Part shown: one piece after another, positions 43,951-54,602 of the stretch
How the letters are laid out: each line of letters opens with the position of its first letter
Position numbering within the stretch: the stretch's first letter is position 1
Assembly: GCA_965223795.1 (NCBI GenBank)
Contig: CBDCXL010000002.1
Coordinates: 480,001 to 544,000 of the forward strand
Source of the DNA: Nitrospinales bacterium
GTDB lineage: Bacteria > Nitrospinota > Nitrospinia > Nitrospinales > VA-1
Direction of reading: 5' to 3'
Length of the DNA stretch: 64,000 nucleotides
Notes under the pieces: generated by a model
What the model saw: the letters and a program-made list of their open reading frames with translations, nothing else
What the model was told of the DNA's origin: nothing
Database searches by the model: none
Made by a program: the position numbers and the translations under genes

Positions 43951-45342
43951 TCAGGGCTGCAGGGTGACGTAGTAGCCGCTTTTGCCGCGCTGCACCAGCA
44001 GCAGCGCGCTGTCGCGGTAGCCGCCGTCGACGACCGCCTTGGTGAAATCCTCGAAGCGGTGGATTTTTTTCTGGTTTACCTGGCGGATGACGTCGCCCTG
44101 CTGGATGCCGATGCGGTCGGCGGGCCCGTCGGGCACCACCTGCACGACCACCACGCCTTTGCGGGTGCGGAGCCGGTACTTGCGCGTCGCGTTTTCGTTG
44201 ATTCCCTGCGCCCAGAACCCCAGCCAGCTGCGCACGAACTCGGAGACCCGCTTTCTCGGGATGGCCTTGATCTTGAGCCTGAAATCCCGTTCGCGGCCGT
44301 CGCGCCAGACGGAAAAGGTGATGTTGTTGCCGATCGAGTAGGACGCCAGCCTCTGGTTGTACTCGAGCCGGTCCTTGATCTCGTGGTCGTCCAGCTTGAG
44401 GATCAGATCACCGCGCCGGATGCCGATGCGCTTGGCGGGGCTTTCCTGAAACACCTTGCGCACCAGAACGCCGCGCGGCCGGTCCAGCTTGTAATAGCGC
44501 ACCAGGTCCGGCGTCATGTCCTGCACGAACACGCCGAGCCAGCCGCGCCGCACCTTGCCGAAATGGATCAGGTCGTTGATGATGCGCTTGGCGTTGTCGA
44601 TGGGAATGGCGAAGCCGATGCCTTCGGCCTTCTGGTAAATGGCGGTGTTGATGCCGATCAGCGACCCGTTGATGTTGAGCAGCGGTCCGCCGGAGTTGCC
44701 GGGGTTGATGCTGGCGTCGACCTGGATGAAATCGTGGTAGGTGAGGTTTTTCCCGGCCTGGATGGAACGGTTGAGCGCGCTGATGATCCCGGTGGTGACG
44801 GTGTGCTGCAGGCCGTAAGGGTTGCCGATGGCGAGCACGGTCTCGCCGATCATCAGATCGTTGGAGACCCCCATCTTGACATACGGCAGCGCTTCCTTGG
44901 GCTGGATCTTGATCACCGCCAGGTCCGAGTTGCGGTCCGCCCCCACCAGCTGGGCGTCGTACTCGCGCTTGTCGATCAGGGTCACCTTGATGCGCACGGC
45001 TTTGCCGATGACGTGCTCGTTGGTCAGGATGTAGCCCTCGGGATTGATGATGACGCCGCTTCCGAGGCTGCGCCGCTGGTTGTCCAGGTTGGGGAAAAAA
45101 TCGCGGAAGAACTGGTCGAACACGTTGTTGCCGAAATTGCGGAACGGGTTGCCCGGAGCCTGGGTCACTTCCTCGGTGTAGATGTTGACCACGGAGGGCC
45201 CGACTTTCTGCACGGCGAGGACGAGCGGGGTCTTGCGGTTGAACCGCTCCGCGCCGTCCGCGAAGGGAACCGCGGCCGACAACAGGGCTCCCGCCAAAAA
45301 CAGCGCCCGGATGAAACGGGTTCCTGTCGGAAAAACGCGCAT
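43951..45342 (-). CDS. DegQ/HtrA family serine protease with PDZ domains
   Basis: TNEHV, DLAVI, INPGNSGGPL; start uncertain. Confidence 0.92.
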   Translation of the reverse strand: MRVFPTGTRFIRALFLAGALLSAAVPFADGAERFNRKTPLVLAVQKVGPSVVNIYTEEVTQAPGNPFRNFGNNVFDQFFRDFFPNLDNQRRSLGSGVIINPEGYILTNEHVIGKAVRIKVTLIDKREYDAQLVGADRNSDLAVIKIQPKEALPYVKMGVSNDLMIGETVLAIGNPYGLQHTVTTGIISALNRSIQAGKNLTYHDFIQVDASINPGNSGGPLLNINGSLIGINTAIYQKAEGIGFAIPIDNAKRIINDLIHFGKVRRGWLGVFVQDMTPDLVRYYKLDRPRGVLVRKVFQESPAKRIGIRRGDLILKLDDHEIKDRLEYNQRLASYSIGNNITFSVWRDGRERDFRLKIKAIPRKRVSEFVRSWLGFWAQGINENATRKYRLRTRKGVVVVQVVPDGPADRIGIQQGDVIRQVNQKKIHRFEDFTKAVVDGGYRDSALLLVQRGKSGYYVTLQP

Positions 45343-45517
45343 GGGTGTCAGGAAATGTGGAAAAAGAATGGCGGATCCGAAAAGATCCGCCATATTTTTG
45401 ACAAAAACCGGCAGGATTATTATCTCTAAAAACGGAGCGGGAGCAACCCTTTTTCCTCCCGCCCCGTTCTTACGATCGGAAGATCCGGGATTCCTCCCGG
45501 CTGGGGGCAAAGCCCGT

Positions 45518-46993
45518 TTACATCTTGACCGCGATGTAAATGGTGGTGCCGCCGCGGCGGACGAGGAACAGCACGGTGCTGCCCTTTTTCACCTTCTCCA
45601 TCGCGCGCTTGTAGCTGGACACGGATTTGACGGGCGTGCGGTTGATCTCGGTGATCACGTCGCCCCGCCGCACACCGGCCTCGGCGGCCGCGCCGCCTGC
45701 GGTGGCTTCGGAGACGAGCACCCCTTCAACCGTTTCGAGCTGCAGGCTCTGCATGAGCTCAGGCGTGATGTCCTGAACCTGCAGTCCGAGCTGATCTTCT
45801 TTCGAAGCCACTTTCGGGGCTTCGGTGTCCTTGAGAACGTCGATGTGGACGTCGAACGTCTTTTTCTTGCCGTCGCGCACGACTTCCACTTTCACGTTGG
45901 AGTTGGGAGGCGTCGCCGCAACGATTTTGGGCAGCTCTTCCATCTCGGTGACGTCCTTGCCGTCGAACTTCAGGATGACGTCGCCCCGCTTGAGGCCGGC
46001 CTTGGCCGCCGGACCGTCCGGGATGACATCGCCCACCAGGGCGCCCGTGGCTTCATCGAGGCCGAAGGATTTGGCAAGATCGGGTGTGATCTTCTGGATC
46101 ATCACGCCGAGCCAGCCGCGCGTCACGCTGCCTTTTTCCTTCAGGTCCGTGAGAATGTCCTTGGCGACGTTGATGGGAATCGCGAACCCGATCCCGACAT
46201 TGCCGCCGGTGTTGCCGGAAATGATCGCCGTGTTGATGCCGATGACATCCCCCTTGATGTTGATCAACGGACCGCCGGAGTTGCCTGGGTTGATCGAGGC
46301 GTCGGTCTGGATGAACTCGTCATAGGGCCCGGCGCCGATGTTGCGGCTGAGCGCGCTGACCACGCCCACGGTGACGGTGTGGCTCAGACCGAAGGGATTG
46401 CCGATCGCCATGACCCACTCGCCCACCTCGAGCCGGTCGGAATCGCCGAGCTTCAGGAAAGGAAAGTCCTTCCGGTCCTCGTTGTCTTTAATCTTGATCA
46501 ACGCGATGTCGGTTTTGGAATCGGAACCAATCAGATCGGCGGTGAATTCTTTGTTGTCGTCCATGGTGATGATGATTTCATCCGCGCCTTCCACCACATG
46601 GTAATTGGTCAGTATGTGGCCCTGGGCGTCGATGAAAAATCCCGACCCCATGCCGCGCCGGGGACGCTGCTCGGGCCGCTGGCCGAAAAACCGGTCATAA
46701 AAATCCTTGAAGGGATCGGGAACGTCGTCACGATCACGTGGAGACGGAAAATTCGGGGGACGGCGCGTTGCCGATTTGGTTTTGGCTTTGGTGCTCACGT
46801 TCACCACGGCCGGGTTTTCCTTTTTGGCGATCTCCACGAAAATGTTGCTCGACAGGGGACCGTTTTCGGTGCTCAGGGCCAGAGCCCGGTCCAGCAGGGC
46901 ATTCATGATTCCCGTGTTCCCCGGAGCAAGGGGAAAAAGAAAAACAGCGGCGAGAAATACAACGCAGGAAATCTTTGCAGTCTTAAAAATCAT
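45518..46993 (-). CDS. DegP/Do family serine protease
   Basis: TNYHV, QTDASINPGNSGGPL, RGWLGV, two PDZ domains. Confidence 0.94.
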   Translation of the reverse strand: MIFKTAKISCVVFLAAVFLFPLAPGNTGIMNALLDRALALSTENGPLSSNIFVEIAKKENPAVVNVSTKAKTKSATRRPPNFPSPRDRDDVPDPFKDFYDRFFGQRPEQRPRRGMGSGFFIDAQGHILTNYHVVEGADEIIITMDDNKEFTADLIGSDSKTDIALIKIKDNEDRKDFPFLKLGDSDRLEVGEWVMAIGNPFGLSHTVTVGVVSALSRNIGAGPYDEFIQTDASINPGNSGGPLINIKGDVIGINTAIISGNTGGNVGIGFAIPINVAKDILTDLKEKGSVTRGWLGVMIQKITPDLAKSFGLDEATGALVGDVIPDGPAAKAGLKRGDVILKFDGKDVTEMEELPKIVAATPPNSNVKVEVVRDGKKKTFDVHIDVLKDTEAPKVASKEDQLGLQVQDITPELMQSLQLETVEGVLVSEATAGGAAAEAGVRRGDVITEINRTPVKSVSSYKRAMEKVKKGSTVLFLVRRGGTTIYIAVKM

Positions 46994-47523
46994 GTGTCAA
47001 CCTCTCTGCTTTACAGTCCAATAGAATATGGGATTGATCTGGGGAAGGATTTCCAATTTCGCGGATAGATTGGATTTCCCATCCGGTGATGAACATCCTG
47101 CCAAGTTATCAAAGGGATATTAAAGAAATATTAAAGTCCGATTAATTTTTCTTAATTCCCTGGATCAAAAATGTGCCTGATATTCATGTTTCCAGGGGCA
47201 GCAGGCGCTTTGCGGCTGGCTCCGTGAACATTCCATCCTCTTTTTGCTGCCGCCTCTGGAGGATCGCCGTACACTCTGGATGCGCCCCGCTCTGAGCTTG
47301 AAAATGCCTGTTTCGCAAGGGTTTCCGGATGCATTGCGAACGGAAAACCGCCAGCCCGCCGCCGGATTCACTCGTAATTTGCTCTTCGGATACGCCTTGT
47401 GGAAAACCGTGTTACCGGGTCGTTCTGGCTTCGGGAGAATTGATGCTAAATTTATTATAAATGTGCCTAAGTTTATTTACAACCGGATTTTACGCGCCTT
47501 CCACCGGCTCTCTGAATTTGCGG

Positions 47524-47552
47524 TTGACTCGGGCGGGAAGATCAAAGATAAT
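47524..47552 (+). promoter_or_regulatory. Sigma-70-like promoter
   Basis: TTGACT-17 bp-GATAAT. Confidence 0.5.
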
Positions 47553-47786
47553 CGAAAATAAGAATATGGGCCGATTTTTCAATGGCTCAGAGGCAGGAGA
47601 ACGGAAATGGCCGGTTTTCCCGCCCGCATTCTTCGTGGTCCCCTTCTAAGGACGGTGAAATCCGAAGGGTTCGCCCGAGGCCGCCGGGTTTTCCTCACAA
47701 GAGCGGATCCGCCCGGAATGGACGGGCGACCCGCGCTCCTTCCCCGTTTCGCTGTTCCTGATCACATTCCACGCACGAGTCCAGTC

Positions 47787-47987
47787 ATGAGCCTTTTTCT
47801 TGCAGCCTTCGGACTGATGATGGTGTTTGAGGGCATCCCGTATTTCTGCTTTCCTTCCAGGGTGAAGGCGTTCGCGCAGAAAATTCCGGAAATCCCCAAC
47901 AGCACGCTCAGGGCGATCGGGCTGTTTCTCATGCTGTGCGGGCTGATCCTAGCCTACTTCGGGAGGTCTCTGGTCGAAAATGGATAA
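47787..47987 (+). CDS. DUF2065 family membrane protein
   Basis: GLMMVFEGIPYF.FP...LRAIGL. Confidence 0.85.
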   Translation: MSLFLAAFGLMMVFEGIPYFCFPSRVKAFAQKIPEIPNSTLRAIGLFLMLCGLILAYFGRSLVENG

Positions 47988-48417
47988 ACGAAACGTTTCC
48001 CCGGGATTTCTTTTGATGCTATTCTTTTGCCTGTCCACGCTCACAGGATGCACCTCCACGCAGACCACGGGCGAATATTCCGAGACGGGGGAAGAAGGGT
48101 TTACCGAATACGCCTACCCGTTCACGGACGTGCCGGTGCCTTACGGATTCAGCGCCGACCGCAAAAAATCCTTCGTGTACGAATCGGGGACGGGCACGTT
48201 CAAGGTGGGGCGCCTGTATTACTCGGGGTGGAACAAACCCAGGGAAGTGGTGGACTATTACCAGAACGCGATGATCAACAAAGGCTGGGAGCTGATCAAT
48301 TCCCTGGTGCATGAGGGCACGATCCTGAATTACCAGAAGGAAGGCTGGGCGTGCACTCTGATCGTGACCGAGGCGCTGCTCAAAACCAACGTGGAAATTC
48401 AGATCGGCCCGAAATGA
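47980..48417 (+). CDS. Hypothetical lipoprotein
   Basis: Lipobox LTGC; FTDVPVP. Confidence 0.75.
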   Translation: MDKRNVSPGFLLMLFFCLSTLTGCTSTQTTGEYSETGEEGFTEYAYPFTDVPVPYGFSADRKKSFVYESGTGTFKVGRLYYSGWNKPREVVDYYQNAMINKGWELINSLVHEGTILNYQKEGWACTLIVTEALLKTNVEIQIGPK

Positions 48418-48468
48418 TCCGCCCCGCCGCGGGTCCGATGCGCAGAATCACCCGGCTTTATCCAGGAT

Positions 48469-49221
48469 GTGAGCATGGCTTTTCCCTCCCCCCGGCAGCG
48501 GGTGCTGGATTTTCCCTCGCGCCCGGAATTCCGGTTCTCCAACTTCGTGGTTTCCGAAGGGTCCCGGTTCGCGTTTGAAGCGGCCCGCAATATCAGCGCG
48601 GACGATGCCGCAGCGTCCTCCTCGCTGTACCTATACGGACCGGAAAAGCTGGGCAAGACCCACCTGTTGATGGCGATCGGCAACGAGGTCGCCGAACGCG
48701 ACCCGCAGAAAAAAACGCTGTACGTGCACGCGGGCGATTTCGTCCGCAACGCGGAAGGCGGCGCGCCGGAGGCGGTGAACGACCTGGTGCTCACGCTCAT
48801 CGATGCGGATTTTTTCCTGCTGGACGACGTGCAGGCGGTTTCCGGCAATCCGACGGCGCAGGAAAAGCTGTACCATGTTTTCAACGTTCGCAGGGAAGCG
48901 GACAAAAAATCGGTGTTCACCGGCAGCGAACGGCCGGACCGCCTCAAAGACACAGAGCGCTATCTCACCTCCAGGCTGCAATGGGGCATGACGGCGGAGA
49001 TCCATCCCATCGACGATCACACCACAGCGCAAATCATCCAGAAGCTGGGCAAGGATCTGGGCCTCACCATCCCGGAGAGCATCGTCGAGTTTCTCCTCAC
49101 CCGCATCCCGCGCGACTTCGCCTCCATCCGCAGCACGGTCGCCAAGATCAATCAGGAATCGCTGGTGCAAAAACGAAAAGTGTCCCTGCCCCTGGCAAAG
49201 GCGGCCCTGAACCTGCACTGA
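48469..49221 (+). CDS. hda: Hda-like DnaA-family AAA+ protein
   Basis: Clamp-motif-like QRVLDF, FSNFV, GKTHLL, LLDDVQ, SRLQWG; lacks DnaA domains I and IV. Confidence 0.75.
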   Translation: MSMAFPSPRQRVLDFPSRPEFRFSNFVVSEGSRFAFEAARNISADDAAASSSLYLYGPEKLGKTHLLMAIGNEVAERDPQKKTLYVHAGDFVRNAEGGAPEAVNDLVLTLIDADFFLLDDVQAVSGNPTAQEKLYHVFNVRREADKKSVFTGSERPDRLKDTERYLTSRLQWGMTAEIHPIDDHTTAQIIQKLGKDLGLTIPESIVEFLLTRIPRDFASIRSTVAKINQESLVQKRKVSLPLAKAALNLH

Positions 49222-49231
49222 GGCCGGCCCA

Positions 49232-50869
49232 ATGGATTCGGCCAACATCGCCGGTCTGCTGCGGCAGGCGGCAAAGACCCACCCGGACGCCGCCGCGGTC
49301 CGCATGGCCGGGACGGACCATTCCGTGAGCTTCCGCGAACTCGACGCCGCCAGCAACCGTCTGGCTTCCGGATTGACGCGGCTGGGGATCACGCACGGCC
49401 TGCGTGTGCTGGTGCTCGTGCCTTTCGGCGCGGAATTCATCCGCATCGCGTTCGCGCTGTTTAAAGCTGGCGCGGTGCCGGTGCTGATCGACCCCGGTCT
49501 GGGCCGCAAAAACGCGCTGCACTGCATCGAGCAGGCCGGGCCCGTAGCGATGATCGGCGTTCCTCTGGCGCACGCGGTGCGCAGATTGTTTCCGCGGCCG
49601 TTTCGTTCGGTGAACATTCTGGTCACGGCGGGGCGGCGCTGGTTCTGGGGCGGCAGCACGCTCAAAAAAACGCAGGCCTCCGGTTCGCCGGAGTTTCAAT
49701 CGGCGTCCACAGGCCCCGATGATCCCGCCGCCGTGCTGTTCACCAGCGGCAGCACCGGCCCCTCGAAAGGCGTGCTGTACACGCACGGCATGTTCCAGCA
49801 GCAGGTGGCAGCGCTGAAATCGCTCTACGGCATCGAGGCGGGCGAGACGGATCTCGCGACGTTTCCCTTGTTTTCCCTGTTCAGCATCGGCATGGGCATG
49901 ACGACGGTGATTCCCAAAATGGATTTCACCCGGCCGGCGGACGCCGATCCGGAAAACATACTCGGGCCCATTCGGGCCCATTCGGTTTCCAACTGCTTCG
50001 GCTCCCCGGCTCTGTGGCAGACGGTGAGCCGCTTCGGCGCAGAGCGAAACCTCCGGCTGCCCTCGCTCAGGCGGGTGCTGATCGCGGGCGCGCCGGTTCC
50101 CGGTTCGCTCATCCGTCGTGTGAAATCGCTTTTGCCTGAGGAGGGCCGGGTGTGCACGCCTTACGGCGCGACGGAAGCACTGCCGGTGGCGTCGATCGAG
50201 AGCGCCGAAATCCTCAACGAAACCTGGCCCCGCTCGGAGGAAGGCGCGGGCTTCTGCGTGGGCCTGCCTGTGCCGGGCATCGAGGTCAAAATCATCCGCA
50301 TTCTGGATGCGCCCATCGAATCCTGGCGGGACGATCTTGAAGTGAAAGACGGAGACATCGGCGAGATCGCGGTGCGCGGCGGCTGGGTGACGCGGCATTA
50401 TCTGAACCACCCGGATGCGGACGCGCTGGCGAAGATCCCCGACAGCGCGGGCTTCTGGCACCGCATGGGCGATGTGGGCTGGCGCGATGAATCAGGACGG
50501 CTGTGGTTCTGCGGCCGCAAGAACCAGCGCGTGGTGACGCAAACGGAAACGCTGTTCACCGTTCCCTGTGAGGCGGTGTTCAACCGGCACGCCAAAGTGC
50601 GGCGCACGGCGCTCGTCGGCACCGGCGAGAAAGGAAAGCAGCGGCCGGTTCTCATCATCGAGCCCGAAGAAAAAACCTTGCTGCAATCGAAAGAACGAGG
50701 CGCGGCCCTGATCGAGGAACTCACGGCATTGGGACAAAAGCACGCCCACACGCGGAACATCCGCACGTTCCGGCTGCATCCGGGGTTTCCGGTGGATGTG
50801 CGCCACAACGCGAAGATCTTCCGCGAAAAACTTTCGCTGTGGGCGGAAAAACAACTGAAAGGCTCCTGA
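49232..50869 (+). CDS. oleC: OleC-like AMP-dependent beta-lactone synthetase/acyl ligase
   Basis: VLIDPGLG, FTSGSTG, TFPLFSLF, PYGATEALP, WHRMGD, FPVDVRHNAKIFRE. Confidence 0.75.
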   Translation: MDSANIAGLLRQAAKTHPDAAAVRMAGTDHSVSFRELDAASNRLASGLTRLGITHGLRVLVLVPFGAEFIRIAFALFKAGAVPVLIDPGLGRKNALHCIEQAGPVAMIGVPLAHAVRRLFPRPFRSVNILVTAGRRWFWGGSTLKKTQASGSPEFQSASTGPDDPAAVLFTSGSTGPSKGVLYTHGMFQQQVAALKSLYGIEAGETDLATFPLFSLFSIGMGMTTVIPKMDFTRPADADPENILGPIRAHSVSNCFGSPALWQTVSRFGAERNLRLPSLRRVLIAGAPVPGSLIRRVKSLLPEEGRVCTPYGATEALPVASIESAEILNETWPRSEEGAGFCVGLPVPGIEVKIIRILDAPIESWRDDLEVKDGDIGEIAVRGGWVTRHYLNHPDADALAKIPDSAGFWHRMGDVGWRDESGRLWFCGRKNQRVVTQTETLFTVPCEAVFNRHAKVRRTALVGTGEKGKQRPVLIIEPEEKTLLQSKERGAALIEELTALGQKHAHTRNIRTFRLHPGFPVDVRHNAKIFREKLSLWAEKQLKGS

Positions 50870-52344
50870 TGCAGGCGTTTGTCACGCGCATGAAAACCGA
50901 CCGCTGGCTTATGGCGCTGGCTGCGATATTTCTTATCGGGCTGGCTCTCAGGCTGTGGGGCGTCACGCAGCCGCTGCTGGATTTTCACAGCTGGCGGCAG
51001 ACGCTCACCGCCACGGTGGCGAAAAATTTCTACCTGGGAGACATGAACCTGTTCCGCCCGGCGACCAACTGGGCGGTGGAGTACTACGAGTTCGAGTTTC
51101 CCATCTACACGTATAGCGTGGCGCTTTTGTACAAACTGTTCGGCTTTCACGACAGCCTGGGCCGCGTGGTGTCCATCGCCTTCGGGCTGGGCTCGATGGC
51201 CCTTTTGCACCTTCTGACGAAACGGTTTTTCGGCCGCAGCGCCGCCTTGTTCGCCACCGGGCTGTTCGCGGTGCTGCCGATGGCGGTCTATTACACGCGC
51301 ACGTTCATGCCGGAACCGGCGATGCTGTTTTTCTCGATCGCCGGTCTGTACTGTTTCAGCCGCTGGCTGGACTTCGAGCGCTGGAGCGATTTTTTCCTGG
51401 CAGCGGCGGCGTTTTCCCTCGCCTTTCTGATCAAGCTGCCGACGCTGTTTCTCGGCGGGCCGATCCTGTTTCTGGCCTGGCTCAAGTTCAAGGGCAGGAT
51501 GTTCCTGCTGCCGCAGTTCTACCTGTTCCTTGCGATCCTGTTCGTCCCTCCCCTGCTCTGGTACGGGCACATGGGCGATCTGCACGCCGAAGCGCATGCG
51601 GGCCAGAGCATCTGGCTCAACAACGACAAGCTCGCCAACAGCGGCGTCCTGCTGGATTACAAGTTTTACAAGCTGATCTTCTGGACGCGGCTGGGAGAAA
51701 AGATGTTCGCCTTCACGGGATTTTTCTTCGTGCTGATGGGCCTGGCTACAAAACTGGAGCGGCGGGAGCAGTATGTGTTCCACATCTGGTTCGCATCGGT
51801 GTGCGTCTATTTTCTCATCGCCGCGGAGGGCAACCGGATACACGAATACTACCAGCTTCCCATCCTGCCGGCGGGCTGCGCACTGGCGGGTAAATTCCTG
51901 GCGGATTTTTTCGCCCGGCGCAAAGACCGGCTGGCGTGGAGATCGGACTGGAAGCTCTGCGCGGTGACGCTGATGCTGGTGTTCATTCCCGTGCATTCGG
52001 TGTACAAGCTGGAAAAGCGGCTGCGTTTCAACACCGATTACCTCACCATCGGCGAGAAGATCAAAACGCACACGGGGAAAGAGGAATTCATTCTCCTGCA
52101 GGACACGCATGCCAACCGGCCGCAGGCGTTCTACTTCAGCGACCGCAAGGGATGGACGCTGGGCATGCTGCCGCCGTTGAGCGCCGCGCAGGTTCAGGAC
52201 TACGCCCGCAAAGGCGCCCGCTATTTCGGCTGGGTGCGCTACGATTTCGCCAAGACCAACCCGGCGCTGCTCGACCACCTCAGGCAAAACCACGAGACCG
52301 TGGTCGCCCATCCCCTGGTGACGCTGTTCAAGCTCACCCCTTAA
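50869..52344 (+). CDS. GT-C (ArnT/PMT-like) membrane glycosyltransferase
   Basis: Multi-TM; HSWRQT, EFPIY, RTFMPE, HEYYQLP; ATG overlaps the upstream TGA. Confidence 0.8.
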   Translation: MQAFVTRMKTDRWLMALAAIFLIGLALRLWGVTQPLLDFHSWRQTLTATVAKNFYLGDMNLFRPATNWAVEYYEFEFPIYTYSVALLYKLFGFHDSLGRVVSIAFGLGSMALLHLLTKRFFGRSAALFATGLFAVLPMAVYYTRTFMPEPAMLFFSIAGLYCFSRWLDFERWSDFFLAAAAFSLAFLIKLPTLFLGGPILFLAWLKFKGRMFLLPQFYLFLAILFVPPLLWYGHMGDLHAEAHAGQSIWLNNDKLANSGVLLDYKFYKLIFWTRLGEKMFAFTGFFFVLMGLATKLERREQYVFHIWFASVCVYFLIAAEGNRIHEYYQLPILPAGCALAGKFLADFFARRKDRLAWRSDWKLCAVTLMLVFIPVHSVYKLEKRLRFNTDYLTIGEKIKTHTGKEEFILLQDTHANRPQAFYFSDRKGWTLGMLPPLSAAQVQDYARKGARYFGWVRYDFAKTNPALLDHLRQNHETVVAHPLVTLFKLTP

Positions 52345-52348
52345 TCAT

Positions 52349-53311
52349 TCAAAACCGGTAGTTCAGAACCAGCCCCGGTTCCCCGCCGGAGAGACGCGGG
52401 TAGAGGGTGTAGTGCGTGCGGCGTTTGCCGCTGTGCAGCTTGAGGATCGTGCGCGAGATGAAGTAACCCAGTGCACCGCCCAAGAACACGTCGGAGGCCC
52501 AGTGCTCGTCGTCGTTGAGGCGGGAATAGGCGGTGAGTCCGGCGATGCCGTAAGCAATGGGCGGGACGAAGGCATTGTCCTTGTAAACATCGGCGAACAC
52601 CGTGGCGATGGCGAAAGCGGTGGATGTGTGGTTGGAGGGAAACGACACATTGCCGTCGAAACCGGGGCCCTCCCAGTCGGTGGAAGAGCGGCCGCTGTTT
52701 GGACGGGGGCGGCCGGTGGCGGCTTTCAGCACCTGGGTGAACAGGCCGGTGATGGCGAAGCTTTCCAGGCTCAACAGCGCCGCGCGCGCGGCGCGCTCGT
52801 TTTCTGCGAAATGACCGTAAGCGTAGAACCCCGCCAGAGCCGGGACGGAGTACAGAACGTTGCCGAACGGTTCGAACACGCGGGCGAGATCGTCGGTGGC
52901 GGCGGTGCGGTTGTCCTGCACCCGCTCCTGAATGTCATTGTCCAGTGCGATCAAGCCGCCGGTGACGCCGAGCACCGCCCCGGCTTTGAGCCAGTCCTTG
53001 CCGTTCCAGCGTAGGGGCGAGGTGACGATGTATCGGGCGTCGGAGAAGATGCCGAGAAAATAATCCTGGTTGAGCTTGAGATTAGGCCGCTCTTTCGCCT
53101 GCGAAGCGTGGCGCGGATTTTTAAGCTGCGCCTGTGCGAATTCGGGGCCAACCTTAAAGCAGGCGGGACGGCAGACCCGGCCGGGAAAAGAATCGAGGGC
53201 AACACGGCCTGCGAGCGGTGTCTTCGCCGCTTCCTGGTATGCGAATGAGGGATCGGCAGCAAACCCAAGAGAGAGGAAGATTGCGGCTGCGGCTGAGACG
53301 GATCGATTCAC
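52349..53311 (-). CDS. PAP2-family phosphatase-like protein
   Basis: K..TGRPRP, SFPSNHT, SRL.DDEHWASDV; start uncertain. Confidence 0.85.
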   Translation of the reverse strand: MNRSVSAAAAIFLSLGFAADPSFAYQEAAKTPLAGRVALDSFPGRVCRPACFKVGPEFAQAQLKNPRHASQAKERPNLKLNQDYFLGIFSDARYIVTSPLRWNGKDWLKAGAVLGVTGGLIALDNDIQERVQDNRTAATDDLARVFEPFGNVLYSVPALAGFYAYGHFAENERAARAALLSLESFAITGLFTQVLKAATGRPRPNSGRSSTDWEGPGFDGNVSFPSNHTSTAFAIATVFADVYKDNAFVPPIAYGIAGLTAYSRLNDDEHWASDVFLGGALGYFISRTILKLHSGKRRTHYTLYPRLSGGEPGLVLNYRF

Positions 53312-53542
53312 ATCCCTGCTCCCGGTCTCGGACGATGGCTTCCCGGCAGGCACACGACTGCATGCGGCGTGAGTTGAATACCCATCCTGTTTCCCGCCCA
53401 AATGCAATGACTGTTGCGATGAGTAACAAGTTACAGGAGGGATGCGGGCATGCGAAAGGAAAAAGCAAAACGGATGAGGAATCCGGATTCTGCAGGCGGG
53501 GAGCGGAAATGAAATTTTATCGGGAGGGGTGAGCGTGAACGC

Positions 53543-54571
53543 TCACTGCATTTCCTTGAGGTGGGTCAATACCTGATCGAGCAGTTCCTTTGAAAACAGT
53601 TTGCCGGTGAGCTGTTTGCGGGCTGCGGTTCCGGCTTGATGGAAAGCGTCGTTCTCCGCTTTTGTAGGCGGGTCGGTGAGGGCGACGCCGTTTTTCTTCA
53701 TGATCTCGATGGAGCTTTCGTTGTCTTTCTGGATGATCTTCACCAGCTCCATCAGGTATTTTTTGCTGAGTTCCTTGAGCACGGATTTGCAGTCGGTGGG
53801 CAGGGCGTCGAACTTTTTCTTGGTGATCAGCACGCCGCCGGTGGCGTAGCCCATGCGCACGCGCGACATGTACTTGACCTTGGTGAACCACTGCAGCGCC
53901 AGGGCCCCCTGCGGCGAGGCGTACACGGTGTCGATCAGGTTGGTCTGCAGCGAGATCAGCACATCGGTGATGGACAGCGGAAAGGGCTTCACGTCCAGCG
54001 CGTCGTAGGTGGCCTGCACGAGCGGATCGCCTTCCCACATCCAGGGCTTGGTCTGTTTGATGTCATCGAGGGTCCTGATGTTCTGGTTGGAAAAGAAATG
54101 CACCCAGCCCACGGGCACCCAGCCCAGCAGCACGTAGCCCTTCTTTTCGTACTGCGCGGCGAAATAATCGTTCATCTTGAGATAGACGTGGCCGATCTGC
54201 TCATCGGTGTCGAACAGAAACGGCAGGTCCAGCACGCGCACTTCGGGAAGGATCTCGCCCATGCCGACGCCGGTGAAACCCGCGGCATGGATCTGGCCGA
54301 TGCGCATTTTGCGGATCACGTCCTTTTCGTCGCCGGAAACGCCGCCCGCGTAAAATTTGAACTTCACCTGGCCTTCGGTCTTCTCCTCCACCTCCTTGGA
54401 CAGGCGGTGCATGATCTTCATCCAGGCGGAACCCTCGGGCGCGAGGGTGGCGAACTTGATGCGGTGCTTTTTGGCGGCGTGGGATTCGGCGGGCGCCATC
54501 GCCGCCACAAGCAGCATGAGGCCGAGCGTGAGCAGCCAGCGGGAAAAGTGGATTTTCGATTGTGTGTTCAC
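53543..54571 (-). CDS. TRAP substrate-binding protein (DctP/TatP-type)
   Basis: IKFATLAPEGSAW, GGVSGDEKDVIRKMRIGQ. Confidence 0.88.
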   Translation of the reverse strand: MNTQSKIHFSRWLLTLGLMLLVAAMAPAESHAAKKHRIKFATLAPEGSAWMKIMHRLSKEVEEKTEGQVKFKFYAGGVSGDEKDVIRKMRIGQIHAAGFTGVGMGEILPEVRVLDLPFLFDTDEQIGHVYLKMNDYFAAQYEKKGYVLLGWVPVGWVHFFSNQNIRTLDDIKQTKPWMWEGDPLVQATYDALDVKPFPLSITDVLISLQTNLIDTVYASPQGALALQWFTKVKYMSRVRMGYATGGVLITKKKFDALPTDCKSVLKELSKKYLMELVKIIQKDNESSIEIMKKNGVALTDPPTKAENDAFHQAGTAARKQLTGKLFSKELLDQVLTHLKEMQ

Positions 54572-54602
54572 GGTATTTTCTTTTTAAAGGCGCGGCGGCG
54601 GT

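Noticed and set aside
47000..47520. AT-rich intergenic region near the hda-like gene as a possible oriC
   Set aside because: Only one DnaA-box-like 9-mer was seen (around 47398), with no dnaA/dnaN and no box array
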